Assembly: GCA_963695545.1 (NCBI GenBank)
Contig: OY968796.1
Coordinates: 416,001 to 480,000 of the forward strand
DNA from: Terriglobia bacterium
Lineage (GTDB): Bacteria > Acidobacteriota > Terriglobia > Acidiferrales > UBA7541
DNA length: 64,000 nucleotides
Direction: 5' to 3'
Translations under genes and position numbers: made by a program
Shown here: piece after piece, positions 50,955 through 61,365 of the stretch
Position numbering within the stretch: position 1 is the stretch's first letter
How the letters are laid out: every line of letters begins with the position of its first letter
Notes under the pieces: generated by a model
Databases searched by the model: none
Told to the model about the DNA's origin: nothing
What the model saw: the letters and a program-made list of their open reading frames with translations, nothing else

Positions 50955-51353
50955 TTACTTCCATTCCCAGATCTTCGTGCGCGTCTTCCCTTCGGTGTCG
51001 ACCTCGTATTCAAAGACGCCCGGCGCGGCATTCAATCGCGCGAGCTTTTGCGACGCGGTCTGAAAATACAAAATGCCGCGATAACTGACCGCGCCACCCG
51101 GTCCGAATTTTCCCTGGCCCGAGGCCTTCCAACTGGCCATTTCGCCATCCGTCGTGAACGTCGCGCCTTGCCCCTCGCCATAAATGGTTCCGTCGGCTCT
51201 GACAACCGAGGTGTAGGTTCCGAATCCGCTGGTGGCGGCGCCCAGCATCTTGCCGGTATCCTCGAAGGATACTTCCACCGTCGGCGGATTTGTTCCGAGC
51301 ACACGTCTTACGATTCGCTTCCCTGTATTTTCTCCGATCAATTCTCCAAGCAT
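50955..51353 (-). CDS. Hypothetical beta-rich protein
   Basis: 132-aa ORF with GGAGG RBS. Confidence 0.75.
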   Translation of the reverse strand: MLGELIGENTGKRIVRRVLGTNPPTVEVSFEDTGKMLGAATSGFGTYTSVVRADGTIYGEGQGATFTTDGEMASWKASGQGKFGPGGAVSYRGILYFQTASQKLARLNAAPGVFEYEVDTEGKTRTKIWEWK

Positions 51354-51616
51354 GGTGTTTCCTCCGGGTGAATTTGAAATGTCGAGCGTGACCTCGCCTA
51401 GATTTCTGGATTGAGCGTTAGCGTTCCGGGGATTTACCCGGCATTTCGGGTGTGGCTCTCTAGCGCGCGCATGCTAATGCTTCTTCCCCGCTCGACACAA
51501 GGTAATTGTGAACAGAGCAGGCGGCCGCGACGTGGGATTCGGGAAGGAGGGGGCAACGCTGGGAGAGGCAAGGGCCGGATCTGCGAAGAGCTAAGCGTCT
51601 GCCGCGACGCCGAGTT

Positions 51617-52315
51617 TCAGGTGCGTATGCGCACGGTGCGTTTTTCGATGCGCTTGGCGTAGTTCGCGCCCTGGAAGATGGCGTCGACGAAAATGCCGGG
51701 GGTGTGAATTTGATTGGGATCGAGCGCGCCGAGTTCGACGAGTTCTTCGACTTCGGCGATCACTTTGTCGGCGGCGGTGGCCATAATGGGATTGTAATTT
51801 CGCGCGGTGCGGCGGTAGACGAGATTGCCCCAGCGATCGCCTTTCCAGGCTTTGATGAAAGCGTAGTCGCCGCGCAGGGCGCGCTCGAGCAGGTAGCGCT
51901 TGCCGGCGAATTCCCTTTCTTCTTTTCCTTCGGCAACCATGGTGCCGACGCCGGTGGGCGTGTAGAACGCGGGGATTCCGGCGCCGCCGGAGCGCAGTCG
52001 CTCGATCAGGGTGCCCTGGGGATTTAGCTCGACTTCCATTTCTCCGGCCAGAACCAATTTCTCGAAGAGTTTATTTTCGCCGACATAGGTGGCGATCATT
52101 TTGCGCACTTGGCGCGTTTCGAGCAGCAGGCCGATGCCAAAATCGGCGACGCCGGCGTTGTTGGAGACGACGGTGAGGTCGCGCGTGCCTTTGCGGCGCA
52201 CGGCGGCGATTAAATTTTCCGGGATGCCGCAGAGACCGAAGCCGCCCATCAGGATTGTGGCGCCGTCTTTGAGGTCGGCGATGGCGGAATCGGCGTTAGC
52301 TACGCGTTTGTCCAT
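51617..52315 (-). CDS. scoA: 3-oxoacid CoA-transferase subunit A
   Basis: GGFGLCGIPENLI, SNNAG, PQGTL, GIPAFYTPTG; start MDKRV. Confidence 0.94.
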   Translation of the reverse strand: MDKRVANADSAIADLKDGATILMGGFGLCGIPENLIAAVRRKGTRDLTVVSNNAGVADFGIGLLLETRQVRKMIATYVGENKLFEKLVLAGEMEVELNPQGTLIERLRSGGAGIPAFYTPTGVGTMVAEGKEEREFAGKRYLLERALRGDYAFIKAWKGDRWGNLVYRRTARNYNPIMATAADKVIAEVEELVELGALDPNQIHTPGIFVDAIFQGANYAKRIEKRTVRIRT

Positions 52316-52410
52316 AGTGGCGGACTCGGGGACGGGGACAACGTCAGCCCAAGACAAGATATATTGCGCGTTTCGCGGATGCAACGCGACTATCGTGTTT
52401 AGAAGATTGT

Positions 52411-52514
52411 GTCGCCCCAACGGGGCTCAAACAAAACAATTGAGGAGGGATTTTTTGGTTCTGCGTATCCAGGGCTTACGCCCTGGGCTAAGCTCTGCCG
52501 CCCCTACGGGGCTG
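52411..52514. repeat. REP-like composite palindromic element
   Basis: cGCCCCaacGGGGCt, CCAGGGCttacGCCCTGG, cGCCCCtacGGGGCt. Confidence 0.75.
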
Positions 52515-52652
52515 ACATGGAATGGCCGCGTGTCGCTTGCTCCGAATGGCAAGCACGGGCATTGGGATATGCACACAGGCCGAGTCCCTCCGCTGCTTGA
52601 AGCAACTGCGGAAGGGGGCGCGCTTCGCTCCTACAAAACCTAAATTCGGATT

Positions 52653-53579
52653 CTACTGCGAATCGCGGAGAATTTTGTAGAGTTCGCCGGCGGCGGCGAA
52701 TTCATCCTCGAGTTCGCGGCGGCGCAGCAGCGGGCGCAAATTCTCGATGGCCTGGGACATGCGATCGAGCGCGAGATCGATATTGTCGCTGTTGGTGAGC
52801 ACGATATCGCGCCACAGAGCGTAGGGACTGCCGGCGAGGCGCAGCGATTCGCGCAGACCCCGGCCCGCGAGGATCAGCGGCAGGCCGGTTTGGTCGGTTT
52901 GATCGCGCACGACGCCGGCGAGCGCGACGGAGAGCAATTGCGGCAGGTGAGAGACGAAGGCGGCGGCGCGGTCGTGGCTGGCGGCGTCGAGCCACAGAGT
53001 TTGCGCGCCCAATTTATTGAGAAGCGCGACGAAGGCGCGCACGCGCGGGTCAGTTGGGGCAATCCGCTCCGCGGAGTTCGGTGAAGCAACGCGCTCCGCG
53101 CGGCCCGGTTCAACGGCGGCCGCGGCGCTCGCGCGAATCAGGGCGTAGCGCGCGCCGTCGAACAGTTTGGCTTCGGCCGCGGCCACGCCGGAAATTTCTT
53201 TGCCGGCCATGGGATGACCGCCGAGAAAAAGCGCGCGGCCGGTGAAACAGGCCGCGGCTTGTTCGCAAATGGAGCGCTTCGAGCTGGCGGTATCGGTAAC
53301 GAGCGAGCGAGGCGAGGCGGCGCGCGCGATTTCCGGGAGATGTTCGAGGACCGCGCCGACGGGAAGCGCGATGTAGACGAGATCGGCGCCGCAAACGGCG
53401 CGGGCGAGATCGGTTTCGCCGCGATCGATCGCGCCGCGGGCGCGCGCTCGCTTCAAGACTTCGGGCTTGTCCCATCCGACGACGCGCGGGCGCGGGCGGA
53501 GCTTGCGCAGCGCGAGGCCAAACGAGCCGCCGATCAATCCCGTGCCAAGAATCGCAACGCGCTTGAAACCGGCGGGCAT
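52653..53579 (-). CDS. tyrA: Prephenate/arogenate dehydrogenase
   Basis: GTGLIGGS, GGHPMAG, HD...SHLPQ, RLAGS...WRDI. Confidence 0.93.
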   Translation of the reverse strand: MPAGFKRVAILGTGLIGGSFGLALRKLRPRPRVVGWDKPEVLKRARARGAIDRGETDLARAVCGADLVYIALPVGAVLEHLPEIARAASPRSLVTDTASSKRSICEQAAACFTGRALFLGGHPMAGKEISGVAAAEAKLFDGARYALIRASAAAAVEPGRAERVASPNSAERIAPTDPRVRAFVALLNKLGAQTLWLDAASHDRAAAFVSHLPQLLSVALAGVVRDQTDQTGLPLILAGRGLRESLRLAGSPYALWRDIVLTNSDNIDLALDRMSQAIENLRPLLRRRELEDEFAAAGELYKILRDSQ

Positions 53580-53582
53580 AGT

Positions 53583-54602
53583 TCAGGCCACGCGCCGTCC
53601 GACGGCGGGGGCGATGATGCGCAATTCGGCCATCAATTGCGCGAACTGTTCGACGTAAAGCGACTGCGCGCCATCGGAGAGAGCGTGCTCGGGATCGCTG
53701 TGCACTTCGACGAGCAATCCATCGGCGCCGGCGGCGACCGCGGCGCGCGCCATCGGCGGAACTTTGTCGCGCAGTCCGGTGCCGTGAGAAGGATCGGCGA
53801 CGATGGGGAGATGAGAAAGTTTTTTGATCACGGGGATGGCGGCGATGTCGAGAGTGTTGCGCGTGTAGGTCTCGAAGGTGCGAATGCCGCGCTCGCACAA
53901 CACTACGTCGAAATTTCCGCCGGCCAAAATGTATTCGGCGGAGAGCAGCAGCTCTTCGATGGTGGCGGAAAGGCCGCGCTTCAGCAGGATGGGCTTGCGG
54001 ACTTCGCCGAGCGCGCGCAGCAAATAATAATTCTGCATGTTGCGCGCGCCGACTTGCAGCATGTCAACGTACGGCAGCATGAGTTGCACTTGCGAGGGGT
54101 CCATGACTTCGCTGACGACCAAGAGGCCGTTGCGATCGGCGGCTTTGCGCATCAGTTTCAAGCCGGGCTCGCCGAGGCCCTGAAACGTGTACGGCGAGCT
54201 GCGCGGTTTGAACGCGCCGCCGCGCAGAACTTTCGCGCCCATGGCTGCGACGCGCTCGGCGATCAAATCGATTTGCTCGGCGGATTCCACGGCGCACGGA
54301 CCGGCCATGACGACAACTTCCGTGCCGCCGATGCGCACGCCGTTGCCTAAATCGACGATGCTGCCTTCGGGACGAAACGTGCGGCTGGCGAGTTTGTAGG
54401 GCTGCGTGATGCGCAGCACCTGGCGCACGCCTTCGAGCAATTCCACATCGCGCGTATCGAAATCCGGGCGCACGCCGATCGCGCCGAGCACGGTGTGCGA
54501 CGCGCCGGTGGAGCGATGAATATCAAACCCCATCTCCACCAGCCGATCGATCACGTGCTGGATCTGCGCTTCGGTGGCGCCTTCTTGCATTACAACGACC
54601 AT
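53583..54602 (-). CDS. aroF: DAHP synthase type I-beta with N-terminal ferredoxin-like regulatory domain
   Basis: MVVVMQ...HRSTG N-domain; [23 protein letters not shown]. Confidence 0.95.
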   Translation of the reverse strand: MVVVMQEGATEAQIQHVIDRLVEMGFDIHRSTGASHTVLGAIGVRPDFDTRDVELLEGVRQVLRITQPYKLASRTFRPEGSIVDLGNGVRIGGTEVVVMAGPCAVESAEQIDLIAERVAAMGAKVLRGGAFKPRSSPYTFQGLGEPGLKLMRKAADRNGLLVVSEVMDPSQVQLMLPYVDMLQVGARNMQNYYLLRALGEVRKPILLKRGLSATIEELLLSAEYILAGGNFDVVLCERGIRTFETYTRNTLDIAAIPVIKKLSHLPIVADPSHGTGLRDKVPPMARAAVAAGADGLLVEVHSDPEHALSDGAQSLYVEQFAQLMAELRIIAPAVGRRVA

Positions 54603-54656
54603 GTCGAAAACCTCTCGCTTTCTTTTCGCCTGCGGTGCCCGGCGCTACTTGCTCTG

Positions 54657-54962
54657 CTATTTCGATGGCTTCGGGCCCGCGCCTTCGTCGTGCTCTTGCA
54701 TGACTACGCGTTCAACCGAGCGCGCTTCGTCCAGAATTCGCTCGAACAGACGGCGAACCGCTGCGGGAGATAGCGGGCCGCTACTTGCTTTCTCGACAGC
54801 GTCAAGCACTTGGCGCTCGCGATCGGGCTGATAGACCGGCAGGCCACTCGCGCCTTTCAATCGGCCGATTTCAAGCGCGCATTGGGAACGCTCGTTGAGC
54901 AACTCGACCAGACGCAAGTCGATCTCATCGATGCGGCGTCGCCAATCTTCGATCGTTTTCAT
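54657..54962 (-). CDS. AroQ-type chorismate mutase
   Basis: RRRIDEIDLRLVELLNER...IGRLK...PDRE. Confidence 0.93.
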   Translation of the reverse strand: MKTIEDWRRRIDEIDLRLVELLNERSQCALEIGRLKGASGLPVYQPDRERQVLDAVEKASSGPLSPAAVRRLFERILDEARSVERVVMQEHDEGAGPKPSK

Positions 54963-55789
54963 GCTTGCGTTCCCCGTCGGCTTAGGCCTTGCACCGCGGC
55001 TTGCTTGAGCAAGCGCACGCGCGCGGCGAGCGCTTGCGATGCTGCGTCAATCGAGCCGGCGCGGTCGATTTCCTCGACGAGCGCGGAACCGACGACGGCG
55101 GCGTCCGCCAATCCGCCGAGCAGAGAAACGTGGCCGGGCAGCGACACGCCGAAGCCGACGGCGATCGGCAGGCGCGTTGCGCGGCGCGTGCGGCGAATCA
55201 ACGCGGGGAGATCGTCGGGCAAAGTGTCCTTCGCGCCGGTGACGCCGGTACGCGAAATCACGTAGAGAAATCCGCTCGAGACTTCGGCGATGCGCGCGAG
55301 GCGCTCGTCGGTTGATGTGGGCGCGGCGAGAAAAATTGTGTCGAGCGCGTGCGTGTGCATCGCGGCGCGGTAATCGGCCGACTCCTCCGGCGTGAGATCG
55401 GTGATCAGCGCGCCGTCGGCTCCGGCCGCGGCCGCTTCGCTCGGCAAAGCGCTCAAGTCCCATTTGCAGCACGGGATTGTAATAGCTGAAGAGCATCAGC
55501 GGAACTTCTGTTTTCGCGCGAAGCGAGCGCACAAGGTCGAGCACGCCTTGCGAGCGTGGTTCCCGCGGCGAGCGAGCGTTCGATGGCGCGCTGAATCGTG
55601 GGGCCATCGGCGACGGGATCGCTGAACGGCACGCCGAGCTCGATGACGTCGGCTCCCGCGGCGGCCAGCGCCAAGACAAATTTCTCCGTGGCGGCGAGCG
55701 AAGGATCGCCGGCGGTGAGATAGGGCGACCAGGCCCATCTCGCCTGCGTCGCGGAGCTTGTCGAATCGCGCTGTGATTCGCGTGGTCAT
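54959..55789 (-). pseudogene. trpA: Tryptophan synthase alpha chain with three +1 frameshifts (or sequencing errors)
   Basis: [39 protein letters not shown] motifs in different frames; breaks near 55724, 55548, 55442. Confidence 0.85.
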
Positions 55790-55822
55790 TTAAATTGTGC
55801 GGGCTGCATGGCGACCGCTAAG

Positions 55823-57035
55823 TTAAGCGAACTTTGCGAGCATCTCCATATCTTTGTCGCCGCGGCCGGAAATATTCACGATCACGATTTGATCGCGTTT
55901 CATGCGCGGCGCGCGCACGGCAGTTCGGCGAGCGCGTGCGCGGATTCGAGCGCGGGAATAATTCCTTCGGTGCGCGCGAGTAAACGCGCGGCTTCGATCG
56001 CGGCTTCGTCGCCGACGGCGGTGTATTCGGCGCGATGCTGATCGGCGAGCCAGGCGTGCTCGGGTCCGACCGCGGGATAATCGAGGCCCGCGGAGACCGA
56101 ATGCGTGGTGGCGATTTGTCCGTCGCCGGTTTGCAGCACGTAAGTGTAAGTGCCCTGCAGCACGCCAGGACGCGCGCCGGCAAATCCGGCCGCGGCGGCG
56201 AGACGCGCGGCGTGCTCGCCGAGCGAAGTGCCGCGGCCGCCGGCTTCGACGCCCAACATTTTCACGCTCGCGTCGGGCAGAAATGCGTGGAACAGGCCGA
56301 TGGCATTCGAGCCGCCGCCGACGCACGCGACGAGCAGATCGGGCAAGCGGCCTTCGGCTTCGAGAATTTGCGCGCGCGCTTCGCGCCCGATGACGCTCTG
56401 AAAATCGCGCACGATCTGCGGATAGGGATGCGCGCCGAGCACGGAGCCGAGCAGATAATGCGTGGTGCGCACGTTGGTGACCCAATCGCGCATGGCTTCG
56501 TTGATCGCGTCTTTCAGCGTGCGGCTGCCGGCGGAGACTCCGACAACCTCGGCGCCAAGCATGCGCATGCGCGAAACGTTCAGGCGCTGGCGCTCCATAT
56601 CCTCGGTGCCCATGTAGACGACGCATTCGAGTCCGAGCCGCGCCGCAACCGTCGCCGTACGCCACGCCGTGCTGACCCGCGCCGGTTTCCGCGATGATGC
56701 GCCGCTTGCCCATGCGCACGGCCAGAAAGTCCCTGGCCGAGGCAATTGTTGATTTTGTGCGCGCCGGTGTGCAGCAGGTCTTCGCGCTTCAGATAAATGT
56801 GCGCGCCGCCCCAGCGCGCGGTGAGGCGCTCAGCGAACTGCAGCGGCGTGGGCCGCCCGGCGAAATTGCGCAGCGAGAAATCGAGCTCGCGCTGGAACGA
56901 TGCGTCGGCGCGGGCCTCGGCGTAAGCGCGCTCGAGTTCTGCCAGCGGCTCGACCAGCGTCTCGGGAACGAAGCGGCCCCCGTACGGGCCGTAGCGGCCG
57001 CGCGCGTCGGGCCAGATTTCGATCGATGTGGCCAT
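55823..57035 (-). pseudogene. trpB: Tryptophan synthase beta chain with three frameshifts (or sequencing errors)
   Basis: [37 protein letters not shown] in different frames; breaks near 56727 (+1), 56659 (+1), 55920 (-1). Confidence 0.88.
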
Positions 57036-57081
57036 CTGTTGCTCTGGGCCTTTCAATTTTCGAGCACCCTGAATTACGTTC

Positions 57082-57711
57082 CTAGATTTCGCTCGCTTCG
57101 ACTTCGCGAAAAAACGCGCGCAGGCGCGCGGGGTCTTTTTTGCCGGGGCGCGCTTCGGTTCCGCTGCACACGTCGACGGCAAAAGGCGCCGCGGTACGGA
57201 TTGCTTCGCGCACATTTTCCGCGCGCAGGCCGCCGGCCAGAATCACGCGTCCATGACGTCGCGCGCGCCGCGCGATCGACAAATCCACCGTCCTACCCGT
57301 GCCGCCATAAAGGCCGGGCGCAAAACCATCCAGCAAATTCGCCCAATCGCCACGATACTTTACCAAGTTCGACAGGCGAAAGCCGGGCTTCACTCGAAAC
57401 GCCTTGATCACTTTGTGGCCGAGCGCGTGCACGGATCGAGCGTCGGCCGGCGATTCATTGCCTTGCAATTGCACGGCCTTCAAGTGAATCGCGCGAGCGA
57501 GCGCATCGACCACGTCAGGCCGCCAATCGACGAAAACTCCCACAGGCACCACGCACGAAGGCAAGCGGCGAATAATGTCCCAGGCCTTCGCGGGCGAAAC
57601 CACGCGCGGGCTGGCCGGATGAAAATTGAAACCGAGCATGGTCGCGCCCAAATCCACCGCCAGACGCGCGTCGGCCCAATTGGTGATCCCGCAAATTTTT
57701 ACGCGTACCAT
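57082..57711 (-). CDS. trpF: Phosphoribosylanthranilate isomerase
   Basis: VKICGIT, SPR, GGTG, LAGGL, VDVCSG. Confidence 0.95.
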   Translation of the reverse strand: MVRVKICGITNWADARLAVDLGATMLGFNFHPASPRVVSPAKAWDIIRRLPSCVVPVGVFVDWRPDVVDALARAIHLKAVQLQGNESPADARSVHALGHKVIKAFRVKPGFRLSNLVKYRGDWANLLDGFAPGLYGGTGRTVDLSIARRARRHGRVILAGGLRAENVREAIRTAAPFAVDVCSGTEARPGKKDPARLRAFFREVEASEI

Positions 57712-57720
57712 CGCGGCGCT

Positions 57721-58524
57721 CTAGGCGCTCGCCGCCGTGAGCGCGCTTAAAGCCGCCGCCGGATCGGGCGAGGTCATCAGACTTTCGCCGACGAGAAACG
57801 CGTCAAATCCCGCGGCGCGAAGCTGCGCTAGTTGCGCGTGCTGGCCGAGTCCGGATTCGGCCACGGCGATGCATTCGTCGGGCACGGCGTCGATCAACTC
57901 GAACGAAGTTTCCACGCGCACTTCGAGCGTTCCCAAATCGCGATTGTTCACGCCAAGAATGCGCACGCCGGCTTGGAGCGCACGATCGAGTTCCGCGCGC
58001 GTGTGCACCTCGACCAGGGGCTCCATGCCGAGCTCGCGGCCGAGCGCGAGCAATTCGACGAGCGTTTCCTGCGCGAGCGCCGCAACGATCAGCAGAAACG
58101 AATCCGCGTTGGTGGCGCGCGACTCCCACACTTGCCAGGGATCGAAAATGAAATCCTTGCGCAGTATCGGCAAAGCCACGCGCTTGTGCGCCTGCCGCAA
58201 GTAATTCAGATCGCCCTGGAAAAATTCTTCTTCGGTGAGCACGGAGAGCGCCGCGGCGCCGGCGCGCTCAAATTGCGCCGCGAGCGTCGCCGCATCGAAA
58301 TCGGAGCGCAGCACGCCGCGCGAGGGCGAGGCTTTTTTCAGTTCGGCGATTACGTTAAAGGCGTCGCGGGAGAGGGCCGCGGCGAAATCGCGCACGGGAT
58401 CGGCCTTGGCGACGCCCATGCGCAGCACGGCTTCCGGCAGCACGCGCTTGCGATAGGAGACGGCATTACGGCGCGCCTCGATAATGCGCGCAAGCACGCT
58501 GCTCGACTGGGATTCGGGCACCAT
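57721..58524 (-). CDS. trpC: Indole-3-glycerol phosphate synthase
   Basis: IAELKKASPS, LSVLTE, LRKDF, GVNNRDL, AESG, LVGESLM. Confidence 0.96.
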   Translation of the reverse strand: MVPESQSSSVLARIIEARRNAVSYRKRVLPEAVLRMGVAKADPVRDFAAALSRDAFNVIAELKKASPSRGVLRSDFDAATLAAQFERAGAAALSVLTEEEFFQGDLNYLRQAHKRVALPILRKDFIFDPWQVWESRATNADSFLLIVAALAQETLVELLALGRELGMEPLVEVHTRAELDRALQAGVRILGVNNRDLGTLEVRVETSFELIDAVPDECIAVAESGLGQHAQLAQLRAAGFDAFLVGESLMTSPDPAAALSALTAASA

Positions 58525-58597
58525 GGCACCGCCATCGGCTCCTTGTAAGGGTGCGGAAACAATCAATGCTATGCCCTGCCCCAGGCGAAGTCAATTT
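58470..58597. repeat. trpC 5' end plus promoter, copy 1 (direct repeat with 60041-60168)
   Basis: Colinear with scattered substitutions; minus strand TTGACT-17-TAGCAT in both copies. Confidence 0.92.
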
Positions 58598-58689
58598 GGG
58601 CGCGGGCGAGTACTCAGCCAGTGTCGAATTAGTGCGGTTAGCGGCGGATTTGAAGCGAGCCGCGGCCAACTCGATGGCATGATCGCTGG

Positions 58690-59070
58690 GTGGAAGACTG
58701 GCAAGCCATATTCATTCCTCTCGGACTAGCAGCGGCGATCTTCGCGCTGGGAATCTACTTTAAATTACGCCCTCCGGACATGTCCGCAGCAGGGGCCAGG
58801 AATTTGCAGCAGGCGCTTTGGCTCGGGAGCGCATCCCCCATCGCACTTATACTGCTCGTAGCCCTCGGGCATATTCATTCTCACACCGGCCCTGGCCTAA
58901 GCCTGCCTGCCCTTGCGGGCGCGTGTCTCGGGAATATGCTCAACTTAGTCGCCGTCGTCCTCTGTTTGAGCGAACTAAGTGGCGAAAGCCTTTTCGCTGG
59001 GTTTCTTCTATTGGTCGCACAGGCGCTTTGGATCCTGTATGCAATTCTTGCGCTTTTTTCGGACTTCTGA
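58690..59070 (+). CDS. Small four-TM hypothetical membrane protein
   Basis: 126 aa, four hydrophobic segments, atypical codon usage. Confidence 0.65.
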   Translation: MEDWQAIFIPLGLAAAIFALGIYFKLRPPDMSAAGARNLQQALWLGSASPIALILLVALGHIHSHTGPGLSLPALAGACLGNMLNLVAVVLCLSELSGESLFAGFLLLVAQALWILYAILALFSDF

Positions 59071-59090
59071 GACTTCGCGGCGCTGCTTTT

Positions 59091-59146
59091 CCCCTTGCAC
59101 TTCGATGTGAGAGGCGATAAACTGTTCCCCGTAGAAGCACAAGGGG
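59091..59146 (+). promoter_or_regulatory. padR promoter/operator (second copy at about 60715-60770)
   Basis: TTGCAC-17-TAAACT within inverted repeat CCCCTTGCACTTC...GAAGCACAAGGGG (arms perfect in copy 2). Confidence 0.7.
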
Positions 59147-59158
59147 GCAACACATCTC

Positions 59159-59491
59159 ATGGGCAACACTCGAATCGATCTCCCGCAGGGCACGCTCGAT
59201 TTGCTAATCCTGAAAACTTTGGCGCTCGGGCCGCAGCACGGCTGGGCCATTTCGCAGCGCGTGCAGCAGATTTCGCGCGACGTTCTGCGCATTCAGGAAG
59301 GATCGCTCTATCCCGCGCTGCATCGCCTGGAGCGCCGCGGCTGGCTGAAGGCGCGCTGGGGCGCGTCGGAAAACAATCGCCGCGCGAAATTTTACGAACT
59401 GACGAGCGCGGGCCGGAAACAGCTCGAAACCGAAAAAAGCGCCTGGCGGAAATTGACCACCGCCGTCGGCCACGTGCTGGAAACCGCGTAG
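59159..59491 (+). CDS. PadR-family regulator (Acidobacterial type), copy 1
   Basis: [33 protein letters not shown]. Confidence 0.95.
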   Translation: MGNTRIDLPQGTLDLLILKTLALGPQHGWAISQRVQQISRDVLRIQEGSLYPALHRLERRGWLKARWGASENNRRAKFYELTSAGRKQLETEKSAWRKLTTAVGHVLETA

Positions 59492-59500
59492 GACCAAGCG

Positions 59501-60055
59501 ATGTGGAACGATCTGCGAATTCGCCTGCGAGCGTTGTTTCAGCGCGAGTCGGTCGAAACGGAGATGAACCACGAATTGCGCTTTCACGTGGAGCGACGCG
59601 TGGAGATGCTCGTGCAATCGGGCGTGCCGTTTGCGGAGGCGCAGCGACGCGCGCGCGCGGCATTCGGCGGAAGCGAGCAGATCAAGGAGGAATGCCGCGA
59701 TGCCCGCGGCATCAGCTTCCTCGAAACGCTGTGGCAGGACATTCGCTACGGATTACGCACAATGCGCAAGACTCCGGGCTTCACGATTGTGGCAGTGCTC
59801 ACGCTCGCGCTGGGCATCGGCGCCACCACCGCGATTTATTCGGTCGTAAGTCCGCTCGTGCTGGAACCACTTCCCTTCCGCGATCCATCACAATTGGTGA
59901 CGGTGCTCGAAACGAACAAAGGCGAAGGCCTTGACTGGCTTTCCGTCACGCCCAGCAATTTCCTCGAATGGCAGCGCCGATCGACGGCATTTGAATCGAT
60001 GACAGGGTTTTACGGTACGGCCTGCCGCCTGGCGGAAGAGGGCGCGCCGCAATGA
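59501..60055 (+). pseudogene. N-terminal fragment of ADOP/MacB-type ABC permease, truncated
   Basis: ELRFH...ARAAFG...[36 protein letters not shown]; ends at the junction with the trpC copy. Confidence 0.9.
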
Positions 60056-60168
60056 TGCGCGCAAGCACGCTGCTCGACTGGGATTCGGGCACCATGGCAC
60101 CGCTGTCGGCTCCTTATAAGGGCGTGGAAACCATCAATGCTATGCCCTGCCCCAAGCGAAGTCAATTT
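60041..60168 (-). pseudogene. Duplicate trpC 5' fragment plus promoter, copy 2
   Basis: ATG at 60095 gives [18 protein letters not shown] vs trp[19 protein letters not shown]. Confidence 0.9.
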
Positions 60169-60311
60169 AGCGGCCAGCCTCGCTACGGGTGATCCTCGGT
60201 CCCCGCGTTTTGCGGACGCCCCCTCTCAGCAGTACCCGGACAACCGAGCGCTACGCTATTATTGCGGGTACGGCAAGCGGCTCCGGCCAATTCTGGCCCG
60301 AGGAACATCGG

Positions 60312-60611
60312 ATGTGGGACTGGCTAGATCGCTATGTGCAGCGGCAAGGCGACCTTCGAGATGGCGTGGACGCGGATCTTGTTCGCGCCAATCGCAGACG
60401 ATTTAAACTCTCCGCGCTATTGTTTGGCTGCGCCTTCCTACTGTTCGGAATTGTGGCGAAAGTTGGCCTCCCCGAGACTTGGCGCACTGTCGTAGTAGCT
60501 CTGACGATGGCATTTTTTGTAGGCGGCATGATCACAGGGGAATGGGCCCGCCAGGAGCAGGTCTTTCTCGACAGGCCCGATCCGAAAGAACCACCGAGCT
60601 TGTTGAAATAG
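60312..60611 (+). CDS. Small two-TM hypothetical membrane protein
   Basis: MWDWLDRY..., GAGGA RBS, two hydrophobic segments, atypical codon usage. Confidence 0.65.
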   Translation: MWDWLDRYVQRQGDLRDGVDADLVRANRRRFKLSALLFGCAFLLFGIVAKVGLPETWRTVVVALTMAFFVGGMITGEWARQEQVFLDRPDPKEPPSLLK

Positions 60612-60782
60612 CCTGGGCGCAAGGAACGGACTACCCCGGCGGAATTGCATTCGGAGACTGCTCGGAACCGAGACGCGGCACGTCCCTTGCGCTCGTTACT
60701 CCCACATCGCTTTTCCCCTTGCACTTCGATGTGAGAGGCGGTATGCTCGTCCCCGTAGAAGTGCAAGGGGGCAACACATCTC

Positions 60783-61115
60783 ATGGGCAACACTCGAATC
60801 GATCTCCCGCAGGGCACGCTCGATTTGCTAATCCTGAAAACTTTGGCGCTCGGGCCGCAGCACGGCTGGGCCATTTCGCAGCGCGTGCAGCAGATTTCGC
60901 GCGACGTTCTGCGCATTCAGGAAGGATCGCTCTATCCCGCGCTGCATCGCCTGGAGCGCCGCGGCTGGCTGAAGGCGCGCTGGGGCGCGTCGGAAAACAA
61001 TCGCCGCGCGAAATTTTACGAACTGACGAGCGCGGGCCGGAAACAGCTCGAAACCGAAAAAAGCGCCTGGCGGAAATTGACCGTGGCCGTCGGCCACGTT
61101 CTGGAAACAGCGTAG
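60783..61115 (+). CDS. PadR-family regulator, copy 2
   Basis: Protein identical to copy 1 except one T/V change near the C-terminus. Confidence 0.95.
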   Translation: MGNTRIDLPQGTLDLLILKTLALGPQHGWAISQRVQQISRDVLRIQEGSLYPALHRLERRGWLKARWGASENNRRAKFYELTSAGRKQLETEKSAWRKLTVAVGHVLETA

Positions 61116-61160
61116 CGCGGCGCGGCGATCGATCCGATGGAGGCGCTGCGTTACGAGTAG
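61116..61160 (+). pseudogene. C-terminal remnant of ADOP/MacB-type permease
   Basis: RGAAIDPMEALRYE*, the typical DPMxALRxE terminus, directly after the padR2 stop. Confidence 0.85.
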
Positions 61161-61365
61161 CTCACAACGGCGCTCCGGGCGCGTCACACAGGAGTACAAT
61201 TCGCCCATCGGATCGGCTATGAACCTGAGAGATCGAGGAACAATATTGGAGCGTTTCGCGTACCACCATGTGCGCGCCTTGGGCATCACTGAGCCGGACG
61301 AACCGAAGCCGCCGCGAGCGCAATAGTTAGAGTTTGCCGAGGACCGCGAGGTTAAGAACGCCGTT

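Noticed and set aside
55440..56730. Programmed ribosomal frameshifting in trpA/trpB
   Set aside because: Six shifts of mixed sign without slippery heptamers; error or decay is far simpler
58525..58600. Trp leader peptide upstream of trpC
   Set aside because: Predicted promoter lies about 40 nt from the start; no Trp-codon ORF or terminator
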